A stretch of 63,249 nt of DNA, counting the filler, from Craspedostauros australis (lineage: Eukaryota), in the NCBI GenBank assembly GCA_030167865.1. It is 10 parts of 10 records of this genome, joined end to end, with 100 filler letters (N's around TTAATTAATTAA, not from the genome) between each part and the next. Parts side by side here need not be neighbours in the genome. Positions count along the whole stretch, not along the records: positions 31,503 to 45,369 come from JALAGF010004418.1; positions 45,470 to 48,895 come from JALAGF010004419.1; 8 more parts are not named here. One strand, written 5' to 3'. Below the pieces are notes generated by a model that was given only the letters and a program-made list of their open reading frames with translations, ran no database searches and was not told the origin of the DNA. Below, one piece after another: positions 37,484-47,832 of the stretch; within the stretch, counting starts at the first letter, position 1; every line of letters starts with the position of its first letter. Made by a program: the position numbers and the translations under genes.

Positions 37484-38881
37484 TCAAGAACCGGCGTTCC
37501 ATGGTCCTTGGGTGCTGGGTCGTCCGGTCTTGTGGTCCCCTGTGCGAGGCCGCTTGGGCCCTCGCTGGGTCATTGGCAACTCGAGGTTGCGCGCGTACTC
37601 TGTCGGTTTGTTGCGCTTGAGGGTTTCCTCATCGATTGGTTTCCCGGTAGTGCGGAAGTGACGAGACGCTTCGACGAGGAGCACTTGAGTGCTCACTGGC
37701 ATGCGACGGAAGACGGAGTCCGGCAACCGAAACGATGCGGCGCCCTTGCAATCCCACTTGGAAGATTCGCGTGGCCTCTTGCAGTCGTCCTTGGTGTCCT
37801 TCTGCTGGTAGCGACGGGTGCGCTTGGGAGAGTAGTGTCCTTCCGACTTCGTGAGGAGCGCGTCATGTTGCATGAACGCCTCGCGGATTGCGTTGAAGGA
37901 TTGTTCCGTGTTACGGAATCTGGACATCTCGCTTGTGAAGCGATCGTCCGTGATGCTGCAAAAGAACTTCGCGATCTTTTGCTGGTCGGTCATCTGCTTT
38001 CCGTTTTGCTCCAATACGCGGATGCATTTGAAGAAAGCATTGACGAATACTGGGAAGGGCTCTGATCCATCGTAACGGAGCTCGGCGATCTTCTGTTCTT
38101 CCTCGACGATGGCCTCAGCTTTGTTGTCGACGGATTCGTACGTGCGTACGAGTGCCTGGTATGCATCATGGCCGTTGGGGTCATATGCTTCCACGATGAA
38201 TGCTGCGCACCCCTTCTCTGTCTTGGTGTGCAGGACAGTGTAGAGTTGCGCGTCGATCTCCTCGCTGAAGTGTGATGGCTTGTCGACATCGAGGTACGCG
38301 GCATATCTGGATGTGACCAGCTGTCACTTGAATGCGATCTTCCAGTCATACCAGTCGCAACTATTCCCGGTGAATTCAGGTGCTTCTGGCATGCTGATCT
38401 TGTCGAACTTCCATCCTGACGGAGTTCTTGGGGTTCGTGGTGATCTGGCGGTGCGTGTCACGCGGCTCGGTGAGCTGACCGTGATCTCGCGACCTGTTGT
38501 GCCAGTGGCATCCGCTGCTGCGGCTGCCTCTCTGATCGCCATCTCCGATCGGATTTGAGCGGCTGCGTTCGCGACTGGCGTGCTAACTTCTGGTGGCACG
38601 TAGCTGTTCGCTTCGTTGAACAAGTCGATTGCTGCCCAATCAGTTCGCGCAGTGATGGTGTTGGACCTTGCGTACGCGAAGATGCGGAGGATGTTGGTGA
38701 TGTTGATTGATGACAGCGTTGGCGAGAGCGCCAAAGCCGCCACGATGGTGGCATCTGGGTTGCGGATGACACGATCGATTCTCCCGAGTTTCTCACTGAG
38801 GAACGCCATCTCTTCGTCATCGAGCTGAACCAGCTCTTGGATGATCTTGTTGAAGGTGTTGATGTTGGTTGGTCGGTCCAT
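37484..38881 (-). CDS. gag: Copia gag, one reading frame interrupted by an in-frame TGA at 38324-38326
   Basis: PEFTGNSCDWYDWK, NGHDAYQAL, LRYDG and KIAKFF. The 185-aa and 236-aa ORFs share a frame, with open codons between them. Confidence 0.85.
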
Positions 38882-38953
38882 GGTGATAGCTCGTAAGACG
38901 GTAAAAGATGGTGAAAGGTTGGTGTGGTGTTGGGTGTTGCTCAGTGTTGGTAA

Positions 38954-38968
38954 GCACGACTCTTAATC
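38954..38968 (-). promoter_or_regulatory. Primer-binding site complementary to the anticodon arm of tRNA-Lys(CUU)
   Basis: The plus strand reads GCACGA-CTCTTAA-TC directly abutting the 5' LTR. There is no TGG. Confidence 0.75.
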
Positions 38969-39245
38969 TGTCAAACAGTACAAGTAACTACGGTAGACGT
39001 ATTGGCCCGTTGTTGCGTGCCCTGGTCGGAGCTCTTGTTGATTATTTGTGAGTGCTGTCCGAAGACAGCCCCCGACCAGTATTTGACTAGTACGATTAGT
39101 AAAGAAGTAAGAAGTAAGGAATTCTGTGAGAATTGTCACTGGGCGTCATCACGGCTATATATGCCAACACCGCCACAATCAACACCATCGCTGAAGCCAG
39201 CATCATTGTGACCATCAAATGCATCACGGACGTTGCCATGTCCTT

Positions 39246-39405
39246 TGTCACACTGCACAAGGAACTAATGAAGACGTATTGGCCTGTTGTTGCATGCCCT
39301 GGTCGAAGCTCTTGTGTTTTATTGTGAGTCGTCCGAGGACGATCTCTGACCAGTATTTTGGATGAATACGACAAGTAAAACGTAAGAAGGACAGTAAAGC
39401 TGTTA
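39246..39405 (-). mobile_element. Solo LTR related to the Copia, with TSD TCCTT
   Basis: Homologous to the 170-bp LTR. TCCTT at 39241-39245 and 39406-39410. Confidence 0.9.
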
Positions 39406-40419
39406 TCCTTCATGAAATAGGAGTAGTACCTTCATGCGCGGTCTGGGGTTGCCGTCGTCAAAATGGAATGGTGGATGTTGATCTTCATGAGCAAGTTGTC
39501 AAGCATGGCCGATGGTTGAATTGGATTGAGACCTCTGATTATTTATTGTCGATGGCATGGATGATACCAATGAAGGGTTGTTGACACAACCGGAGATACA
39601 TGTGAAACGGTCAGAACAGGGTTTTCACGCGAACGCCCGTGTCACCCAACGGTAGTAGCCAATGAATGATACAGCGGGTCCATACGACCCGATAACCCTC
39701 ATAGTCTGAATCTTTATGGCTTTGCCATTCCTGAAATGGGTTTCGTGTGTGTGATACCATGGACAAATGGAATGACTACGAGGATCACGTCGCCTGTGGC
39801 GAACAAGGCAATTCGCATGCACAAAAAGCTGCAGGAGAAGGGAGACAACCAAGCGCAGAAGCCTGAGAATAGCGCAATAAAATGCCCATCATGAATAAAT
39901 CTAGATGATGACGTCGCGGATGCAAGAGATGCTGGCGAGGTATGTATCGCTAAACCTTAACCGTAGTTAACCGAAAGGACACCATTAAACATCGTAAGTC
40001 ACGAACAACCAAGATCCATTTCCGAATGATGAGGTGAAAAAATACGAGGAAATTCACTAACCAGGTCGTTTTGGAGGCCAAAGTCCACTAACCAGGTCGT
40101 TTTGGTGCCCGACACGATGATTGGATGACTGAAATGGCTGGCGTGTCTCTACGACAACATCGAAAATATTAATTTAGCCGTGAAGTAAACACATCAACCG
40201 TGCCCCTGTCTAGTAGTGTAGAGTACTCCAGTTTTTGATGGTGTTGATGAATCCTGTTCTGCGGAAGACGAGGAGAGGGTTAAACCAACTATATTGCATA
40301 CTGNNNNNNNNNNNNNNNNNNNNNNNNNNNNNNNNNNNNNNNNNNNNNNNNNNNNNNNNNNNNNNNNNNNNNNNNNNNNNNNNNNNNNNNNNNNNNNGGT
40401 CACTGTGTGTACTATGTTG

Positions 40420-41597
40420 GTCATATGTGCATACAAAATGTCAAGCATACTTGATTACAACAACTCCACCACTCCGAGAACACCTCAGCGAGTACAGTCA
40501 CGAAGTATGAGGTCTCCACTCCATCTGGAAGGCATCCATATCTGAGAATCTAGATATCATGTAGTGTGGGTGACAGTTCTATGAGCTACGCACCATAGTG
40601 TACAGTAGATTGTCAAAATGTGCATATAAAACGTCAATCGCAATGAAATCCAACCCGGCGCCCACTTCCAACGCACTCCAAAGGATCTGTTCACGAAGTA
40701 TGAGGTCTTAGATCCGTCTGGAAGGTAGTCAAATCGATGGATCTGGACATCGAGGTGCTGTGTGTGACAGTACTGTGAGCTACGCACCATAATGTACAGT
40801 AGATTGTCAAAATTTGCATATAAAATGTCAATCGCAATGAAATCCAACCCGGCGTGAACTTACAACACACCCCAAAGCGTCTGTTCACGAAGTATGAGGT
40901 CTCCAGTCCGTCTGGAAGGCATCCATATCTGAGAATCTAAATTTCGAGTGGTGCTGTGGGTGACAGTACTGTGAGCTACGCATCAAACAGTACAGTAGAT
41001 TGAGAATTAGTGCCTATAAACGTCAATCACAAGGAAATCCAACCTGGCGCGCACTTACAACACACCCCAAAGCGTCTGGTCACGAAGTATGAGGTCTCCA
41101 GCCCATCTGGAAGGTAGTCAAATCTGAGAATCTAAATTTCGAGTGGTGTTGTGCGTGACAGTACTGCGAGCTACGCACCATAGTGTACAGTAGATTGCCC
41201 ATATGTGCATAGGAAACGTCAATCACAATCAAATACAACCCGTCGAGCACTTACAACACACTCCAAAGGATCTGTTCACGAAGTATGAGGTCCTAGATCC
41301 ATCTGGAAGGTATCCATATCTGGATGTGGAGATTTTGTGTGGTGTTGTGGGTGGCAGTACAACGAGGTACGCACCATACTGTACAGTAGATTGTCAAAAT
41401 GTGGATAGAAAATGTCAATCACAATGAAATCCAACCTGACGCACACTTACAACACACCCCAAAGGATCTGGTCACGAAGTATGAGATCTCCAGTCCATCT
41501 GGAAGGCATCCATATCTGGATGTGGAGATTTCGAGTGGTACTGTGGGTGACAGTACTGCGAGCTACGCACCAAACTGCACAGTAGATTGTCAAAACG
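40420..41597 (+). repeat. ~195-bp tandem satellite, about 6 units; resumes at 42154-42295, with an inverted unit at ~42330-42510
   Basis: GAAGTATGAG recurs near 40502, 40696, 40889, 41084, 41280 and 41477. Confidence 0.92.
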
Positions 41598-42153
41598 TAA
41601 TAGAGCTAAACTAGTAACCACCTTAGCGAGAGAGACTACGAATCATCCGACTCGTCAGCATTCCAGTAGATCGAACGGACACTTCGCCGAACCCCACGTT
41701 TGGAGACAGATCCATAACCTTGAAGCGGATCTTCGGAATTCGTGTCAGGGAACCATTGGGGTTCCGATAATCAAGTTTCTGACACCCACCATCGCCAAAA
41801 TGCCGACGCACGGAACCGAAGCCACAACAACGAGCATCACCGCCCATTGTCTCTCACAGAACCCAGACGACGGATCTCGACCCACGGTACTTGGGCTACA
41901 CAACCCACACGCATTGTCATACAGGACACAACCCACACGCATTGTCATACAGGACATCACAGGAGATTCCCCTCGAAGAGAAGAACCATAGCACTAACCT
42001 CATAATCCGCACATTTCTTCACCATCTACCAGTATTCTAAATTGACTACTTGTGGAACAGAAGACTCTCGTCCGGATCGCTTGCCAGTCAAGCCTCTGCC
42101 TACAGCTAAAGAACAGCCAACAAGACAACAGCCATTACGTTTGGGCTCTATTA
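41598..42153. mobile_element. 556-bp insertion in the satellite (solo-LTR-like, TAATAGAGC...GCTCTATTA)
   Basis: Short terminal inverted repeat and TSD AAACG (or AAAACGT if each end is moved in by 1 bp). The satellite resumes in register after it. Confidence 0.8.
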
Positions 42154-43663
42154 AAACGTGTGTATAAAATGTCAATTGCAATCGAATCCAACCCGGCGCG
42201 CACTTACAACACACCCCAAAGGATCTTGTCACGAAGAATGAGGTCCTAGATCCATCTGGAAGGTGTTCAAATCGATGGATCTAGATTTCAAGTGGAACAT
42301 TGCGTCTTGTGAGGTAGATGGAGCACTGGACTACCACCCACAGTACCACTCGAAATCTAGATTCTCGGATTTGACTACCTTCCAGACGGATCTAGGACCT
42401 CATTCTTCATGACAAGATCCTTTGGGGTGTGTTGGAAGTGGGCACCAAGTTGGATTTGATTGTGATTGACATTTTGTATGCACATATGACCAACTCATTA
42501 CACACAGTGACCGAATGACAGCACATGAACTGACTAAATGNNNNNNNNNNNNNNNNNNNNNNNNNNNNNNNNNNNNNNNNNNNNNNNNNNNNNNNNNNNN
42601 NNNNNNNNNNNNNNNNNNNNNNTAGCTGGTTTGACCCTCTGCTCAACAGGATTCATCGACAACATCATAAACTAGACTACTTTCCACTGTTCTGCAGTGA
42701 AATGTTTGTGTTGGCTTCGTGGCTAAATTATTATTTTCGCAGTTGTCACAGGGACGCGCCGGCCACATTTCCGGCCATTGTGATTGGCCAATACCAAAAC
42801 GACCTGGTTAGTGGACTTTGGCCTCCAAAACGACCTGGTTAGTGAATTTCCTCGAAAAAATACCACAGCGTCGTGCGTCAGAGATAAAGGTCTATAACTT
42901 TTGAAGAAAAGGTCGGATGAAGACCATTTTTATATGTACAAGATCGTACGGTGGTATGGATTATGTTATTGTATATCATTTTACATTTTACATTTTACGA
43001 CAATCTGAGTCACGACTAGGCGCGACTGCGGCATCGTTCGCTGACATTGGCCTTAAATGTCCAGAAATAGTGACTCAGTGACAATTCTCCAAAGAGGAAG
43101 ATGTGTCGACTAACGAACACCGCGGAAAATGTGTCGACTAACGAACACCGCGGAAAATGTGAAGCGAACATGCCTGCGAGGTCTGCACAGAGAGTTCACT
43201 TGTAGATCTCATTGGGATCTTCACGAAACCTTCAATTTCTGTTGAGCCAGCGAAGTCCCACCAACCTCTCCGTTGGCCGCTCGACCTTTGCTGTTCGACG
43301 CCTGCTGGCCGCAATTGGAGGCGGCAAAGTTGGTGATTTTTGTCGAAGAGGCACTTTCGTCGGAACAACTGCTCGCCGACGTTCGTTGCTCTTGTGGCGA
43401 GCAGCAAGAAACAAACAGAGAAGTTTGGCGATGCCTCCGCACACCGACACACAGGGCAAACAAGGGCAACAAACACACAAAGCAGCCGCTGTGGAGCAGA
43501 GTAGTCGTATGCACGAGCTTTGATACACACGGATAACGACAACTGGATCCATCTCTTCCTTGCACCCTGCATCCCCTGAATGCTCCTGTTCTCATAATTC
43601 GGCACAACAAAGCAACACAGACACAGACACGTATTCGCACCACACCAACACGCACCAACAACC

Positions 43664-45340
43664 ATGCCAATCATCAAGAAAGACATCCTCGCTCTCGTCG
43701 TGGCTCAGAGCATCATCTGCAATGGCGTCGACGCGGTGCTGAACACCAACAAGAAGTCAGCCGCAGATGGCAAAATCGACGTCAATGTCGACGCCAATGC
43801 CAACGCCGCCAAGGCGAAGCTCATGGAGTTGACAGCCAACGACAAGAGGGAAGATGCCAGCATGCCAAACTCGCAATCGCATTCTCACCTGCAATCGCAC
43901 TTGCTCTCTCACCTGCACTCTCACGATGGAAAGGTCGAGACCACAACAGACAAGATCGCAGACAGCATCCGCCGTCCCCGTCATTCCATCTCCACCAACA
44001 TCAAGGACAAGTACGCCGATCTCGGTCGCCTTCAAGCCCAAGATGCGTCCAGCGATGAGGATGAGCATGCATCGCACGAGCACAGCTCTCTGTCTGTTGG
44101 AATGGAGACAGACGAGACTCACGACGCCAACAGTCGTCAGCTCAAGTCCTCGAAATCCGCCAAATTGGCGAAGTCCTCCAAGTCCTCGAAATCGGCGAAG
44201 TCCTCGAAATCGACCAAGCCCCCCGAGGTACTCGAGCCGTGCTTCACTGGAACAGCCGAAGCTGTCACAGCCAAGTGCGCGGCCAAGGATGCCAGCTGTT
44301 GCGAAGCGTCGGTCAACGCCACATACCCCGCATGCTCTTGGAGCAGTGAGAGCTCTGTCACCGTCTGCCCTGACTCCTGCAACGGCGAGCAAGCTTGCTT
44401 CTTCAATCCCAACATCACGACGACCATCCAGATTGCCTCCTACTCTTGCAACAGCGACAGAGCCTGCCAGTACACCGCCGTGTCCGTGCCCTCCCGTGCT
44501 TGCAACGGCGAGGCCGCTTGCAAGGAGAACTCTGGCACTGTCGCCGATGACGCTTGCAATGGTATTGAAGCATGCATGTCCAACAAGGGAGCCATCGGCA
44601 AGGGTTCTTGCTTCGGAGACAGGGCTTGCTCTTCTAACAATGGCGACGTTGGTAGTGGCTCATGTATCGATATGGGGGCGTGTGGCAGCAACTCCGGAAA
44701 TGTCAATGACGGCTCCTGTATTGGCCAGGAAGCCTGTGGGCTAAAGTCCGGCGATGTGGACGAAGGATCGTGCTTGGGCTTTTACGCATGCCTCTACACC
44801 TACGGAACCGTCGCATCGAACGCATGCATTGGTAAAAACTCTTGTTTTTTGAATCGTTATGACATTGGCCAAGGCTCCTGTCATGCCGAGTATGCTTGCG
44901 AGGAAAACTACGACGAGATCGGCAACTACTCTTGCATTGGAAGAGCAGCCTGCCAAGAGAACTCTGGGCAAGTCGCATCGTACGCGTGCAACGGTACCTA
45001 CGCTTGTGTTTCGAATTCAAATTACATTGGCCAAGGCTCCTGTCAAGGCATGGACGCTTGCGCATTCAACGAAGGTGGCGTTGGTGCGGGGTCATGCCAA
45101 GGACAACGAGCTTGCCGCTCCAACTACGGTAACATCGAAGCGGGGTCATGCCAAGGACAACGAGCTTGCTCCCGCAACTACGGCGAGATCGGGATGGATT
45201 CGTGCAAAATGTACGAAGCGTGCTCCCGCAACGAAGGCGATGTTGGCGATGGAGCTTGCCTCGGTATCATGGCATGCTATTCCAACGTTGATCCGGTGGC
45301 TGACGGAGGCTGCATCGGCAATTCTTCCTGTTCCGCGTAG
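43664..45340 (+). CDS. Secreted protein with RQL motif, silaffin-like KxxK cluster and a long Cys/Gly/Asn repeat domain
   Basis: Signal-peptide-like N-terminus; RQL-KSSKSAKLAKSSKSSKSAKSSKSTK; about 17 repeats of ~18 aa with consensus (I/V)GxGSCxGxxACxxNxG. Confidence 0.9.
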   Translation: MPIIKKDILALVVAQSIICNGVDAVLNTNKKSAADGKIDVNVDANANAAKAKLMELTANDKREDASMPNSQSHSHLQSHLLSHLHSHDGKVETTTDKIADSIRRPRHSISTNIKDKYADLGRLQAQDASSDEDEHASHEHSSLSVGMETDETHDANSRQLKSSKSAKLAKSSKSSKSAKSSKSTKPPEVLEPCFTGTAEAVTAKCAAKDASCCEASVNATYPACSWSSESSVTVCPDSCNGEQACFFNPNITTTIQIASYSCNSDRACQYTAVSVPSRACNGEAACKENSGTVADDACNGIEACMSNKGAIGKGSCFGDRACSSNNGDVGSGSCIDMGACGSNSGNVNDGSCIGQEACGLKSGDVDEGSCLGFYACLYTYGTVASNACIGKNSCFLNRYDIGQGSCHAEYACEENYDEIGNYSCIGRAACQENSGQVASYACNGTYACVSNSNYIGQGSCQGMDACAFNEGGVGAGSCQGQRACRSNYGNIEAGSCQGQRACSRNYGEIGMDSCKMYEACSRNEGDVGDGACLGIMACYSNVDPVADGGCIGNSSCSA

Positions 45341-45658
45341 ATGAGAAGTCATCACACAGAGTAGATCGTNNNNNNNNNNNNNNNNNNNNNNNNNNNNNNN
45401 NNNNNNNNNNNNNTTAATTAATTAANNNNNNNNNNNNNNNNNNNNNNNNNNNNNNNNNNNNNNNNNNNNCATTGACTTCGGATAGTGTTTGAGTCAGTGG
45501 TGATTCATGAATGAGTGTGGGAGAAGGAGGGAAAAGAGTGATTGTTCCGTATTTGTTGGTGGGAGGTTTCGCGCCAAAATTTCGCGCCAAAATAATTTTA
45601 AGGTGCGACAAGGAACACACTGAGTGAAAAGTAGTCCGTTCTTTAGATGAACTTCAAC

Positions 45659-47070
45659 TGTTGAGATTCAATAAGGTACAGGCTATTACCGGACACGGTA
45701 TCCACCTCCGACGGGAGAAATTCTTGTTTTGGCGCGAAATCTTCCGACTTGATCGACCACCACATCTTTTCCCGCCTTTCTTTCTCTCCTCCTTTCACGA
45801 ATCCATCATGACTCAAACATGACCGACCTGACTCACATTTCACCTTGGAAACTATATGCTCCTCAGATCCTTTCACTACAACACACTATCAACATCTAGA
45901 TCGAAATTAGGTACTCATCTCCCATGACTGAAACGTGATTCACTATTTTTGATTCGACTCGATTTGAGAGTATAGTCGAGTGAGTCTTGATTACACGATT
46001 GANATTCNGTCACTACNGTCATCGAACNTGACGTAGGCACTGACATCATCGTATGACGTCAGAGGATCGGTCATTGTGATCCTCGGAATCGAGATTATAT
46101 CTTAGTCATGGTATGCTGACCTGTCTAGCAAAGCCAAGTGCATCATCGAGCACGTGGCAACAACATTTAGGATCCAGAACAACATCGTCAGAGGTGATGC
46201 ATGCACCTCGTCGACGTAGACGGATCAATCCATATATGATCAAACAGAGATCAAGATTAGGCAAGACCAGGAGAGATGAAGAAAGACCCAAAGGCAAGAA
46301 TAACACGGAGTATCGTGTAGATCAACATGCCATCTTGGGCAATGTTTTAGGAAAGACTGCGAGATACAACACGAGGTAATCGAGCAGCACGTTAGCAACC
46401 GTGCAATAGGCACCATCTTTACGAATGATGAGATCATGTTCTCATAATCCATACTCAATCATCAATTGACACACCAATAACTTAGCAAACAACTATCACC
46501 AAACATCTCCAACTTCACCTATTGGATTGATCACCCAGGCGGCGTAGTAAGTGCAGTGTTTGGTGCTCCCCTCTTGTCCTGTGTGTAATTGCTGATTATC
46601 ACACACCTCGATTCCCTCCACGCTAATGACTACTGCACTATTGCTGTAGTCTTGACGCGTGTATCCAACCTGCTTCAACTCGAGCAATGGAATCCGAGAG
46701 TGAGCTCGAGCCACAGCCATTGCTTCATGACCATCACTATTGAGTGTCATGATCTACACTGCAGTGTGTCTACGTGTGTGGAGAGCAAAGAGCTGCAATA
46801 CTCGCCTACCCTCAAGCACCGAACCAAGTAAATCAGTGCAGGGTCCCACCAAGCTGTGTGGCATCATTTCTTCACCCTACTAACACCACAAAGCTAACTC
46901 ATAATAAACAGACAAGGATTAGCTACAAAGCACTCTTCTACTCATCGTTACAGTAACAACTCTTCAACCAGTACACCTCTCTTGAACTGCATCACATGGC
47001 TATCTCGAAGCCGGCAGATTCACGAGGCATCCTCCACCAATTCGTGTTGACTAAGCCCGAATCGTAACTT
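45659..47070 (+). mobile_element. LTR family AB copy interrupted by a family C insertion
   Basis: Left part 45659-45886 and right part 46602-47070 are colinear with 49587-50271. Confidence 0.85.
45887..46601 (-). mobile_element. Solo LTR family C (715 bp; TGATA...TGATA on the minus strand) with TSD CACAC
   Basis: CACAC at 45882-45886 and 46602-46606. Partial copies in the opposite orientation at 48814-48895 and 60789-61243. Confidence 0.85.
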
Positions 47071-47159
47071 ACTCCACACACACACAGACGGTACAACTAT
47101 ATTCGTATCAATAGTGACCTGTGATTTGTCAAAATCACATCACGAAATCGAACACAGAG

Positions 47160-47832
47160 AAACGAGGAGAATTTCTGGAGGAAATTTGCAAACATTGATT
47201 TCTGAGAGTATCAGGAATTCCGTCCGTCCATCCATCAACTGGAACATGTGACATCGAGCAAGGATCGACGTACTTCCCAACTAAGCCTCAAATGACGATA
47301 TCTTTGCCAGACCACTGCATCATCAATGGAATATGGAATCAAAAGGACCATGGAAGCTGACAGCTGACATCAACAGGATGTCATTGTGTCACCACATTGA
47401 CATCTGTCTCCACATCAGATCAAGAAGGCAAAGATTCGATGACCAAGGGACATCGAGATCATGGATATACAAGGAGGAGTTCAAGATGAGACATTGGCAA
47501 TTACTCGTGGAGTAGTGGGCAGTAGAGAACAAACTGACGGAGTATCGAATGCAGAGTATGTATCAATTACGGAATTTTGCATGGTGTGAACATGCAATAT
47601 TGAGAGAGAGAGAGTGAAAATGCAAGCAACAGCCAGAGAGCATATTGTGTGCCAACTCATAGTCGGGCAGACCAATGAGAGAGAGAGAGAGAGAGACACC
47701 AAGAGCATTGGACCAACAGCAGCAACTCCAAGAGCATCGGAGTGCCAACGTAATGAAATAGCAAACATAATCGTAACAACCATCACCGTCTTCCATGATC
47801 GCAAGAGTATCTGTGAACAGAACTTGCCAACA
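47160..47832 (+). repeat. Diverged LTR family G copy
   Basis: Shares TTTCTGGAGGAAATTTGCAAA, GTACTTCCCAACTAA, AATGAAATAGCAAAC and GAACTTGCCAACA with 17123-17917. Left end uncertain. Confidence 0.75.

Larger units (their letters stand above)
33248..39138 (-). mobile_element. Full-length Ty1/copia LTR retrotransposon (CoDi-like), 5891 bp
   Basis: 170-bp TG...CA LTRs at 33248-33417 and 38969-39138 differ at one base. TSD CTGGG on both sides. Domain order gag-PR-IN-RT-RH. Confidence 0.97.
40046..42853. mobile_element. Non-autonomous foldback/Mutator-like DNA transposon with long TIRs and an internal satellite
   Basis: Terminal GAGGAAATTCACTAACCAGGTCGTTTTGGAGGCCAAAGTCCACTAACCAGGTCGTTTTGGT is inverted at the right end. 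Flanking direct repeat GAAAAAATAC on both sides. Confidence 0.9.

Noticed and set aside
38939..38968. tRNA-Lys gene
   Set aside because: Only a partial 5' half is present, with no T-arm or acceptor stem; it is better explained as a PBS.
40420..41597. CRISPR or coding repeat
   Set aside because: Whole ~195-bp units are homologous to each other and have no sustained ORF; this is a satellite.
43102..43160. 28-bp tandem duplication upstream of the secreted protein
   Set aside because: Two copies only; a simple slippage duplication with no evidence of function.
43757..44744. Overlapping alternative-frame and antisense ORFs (likewise within the ankyrin, LRR and pol genes)
   Set aside because: They are shadows of the real codon-biased ORFs and carry no motifs of their own.
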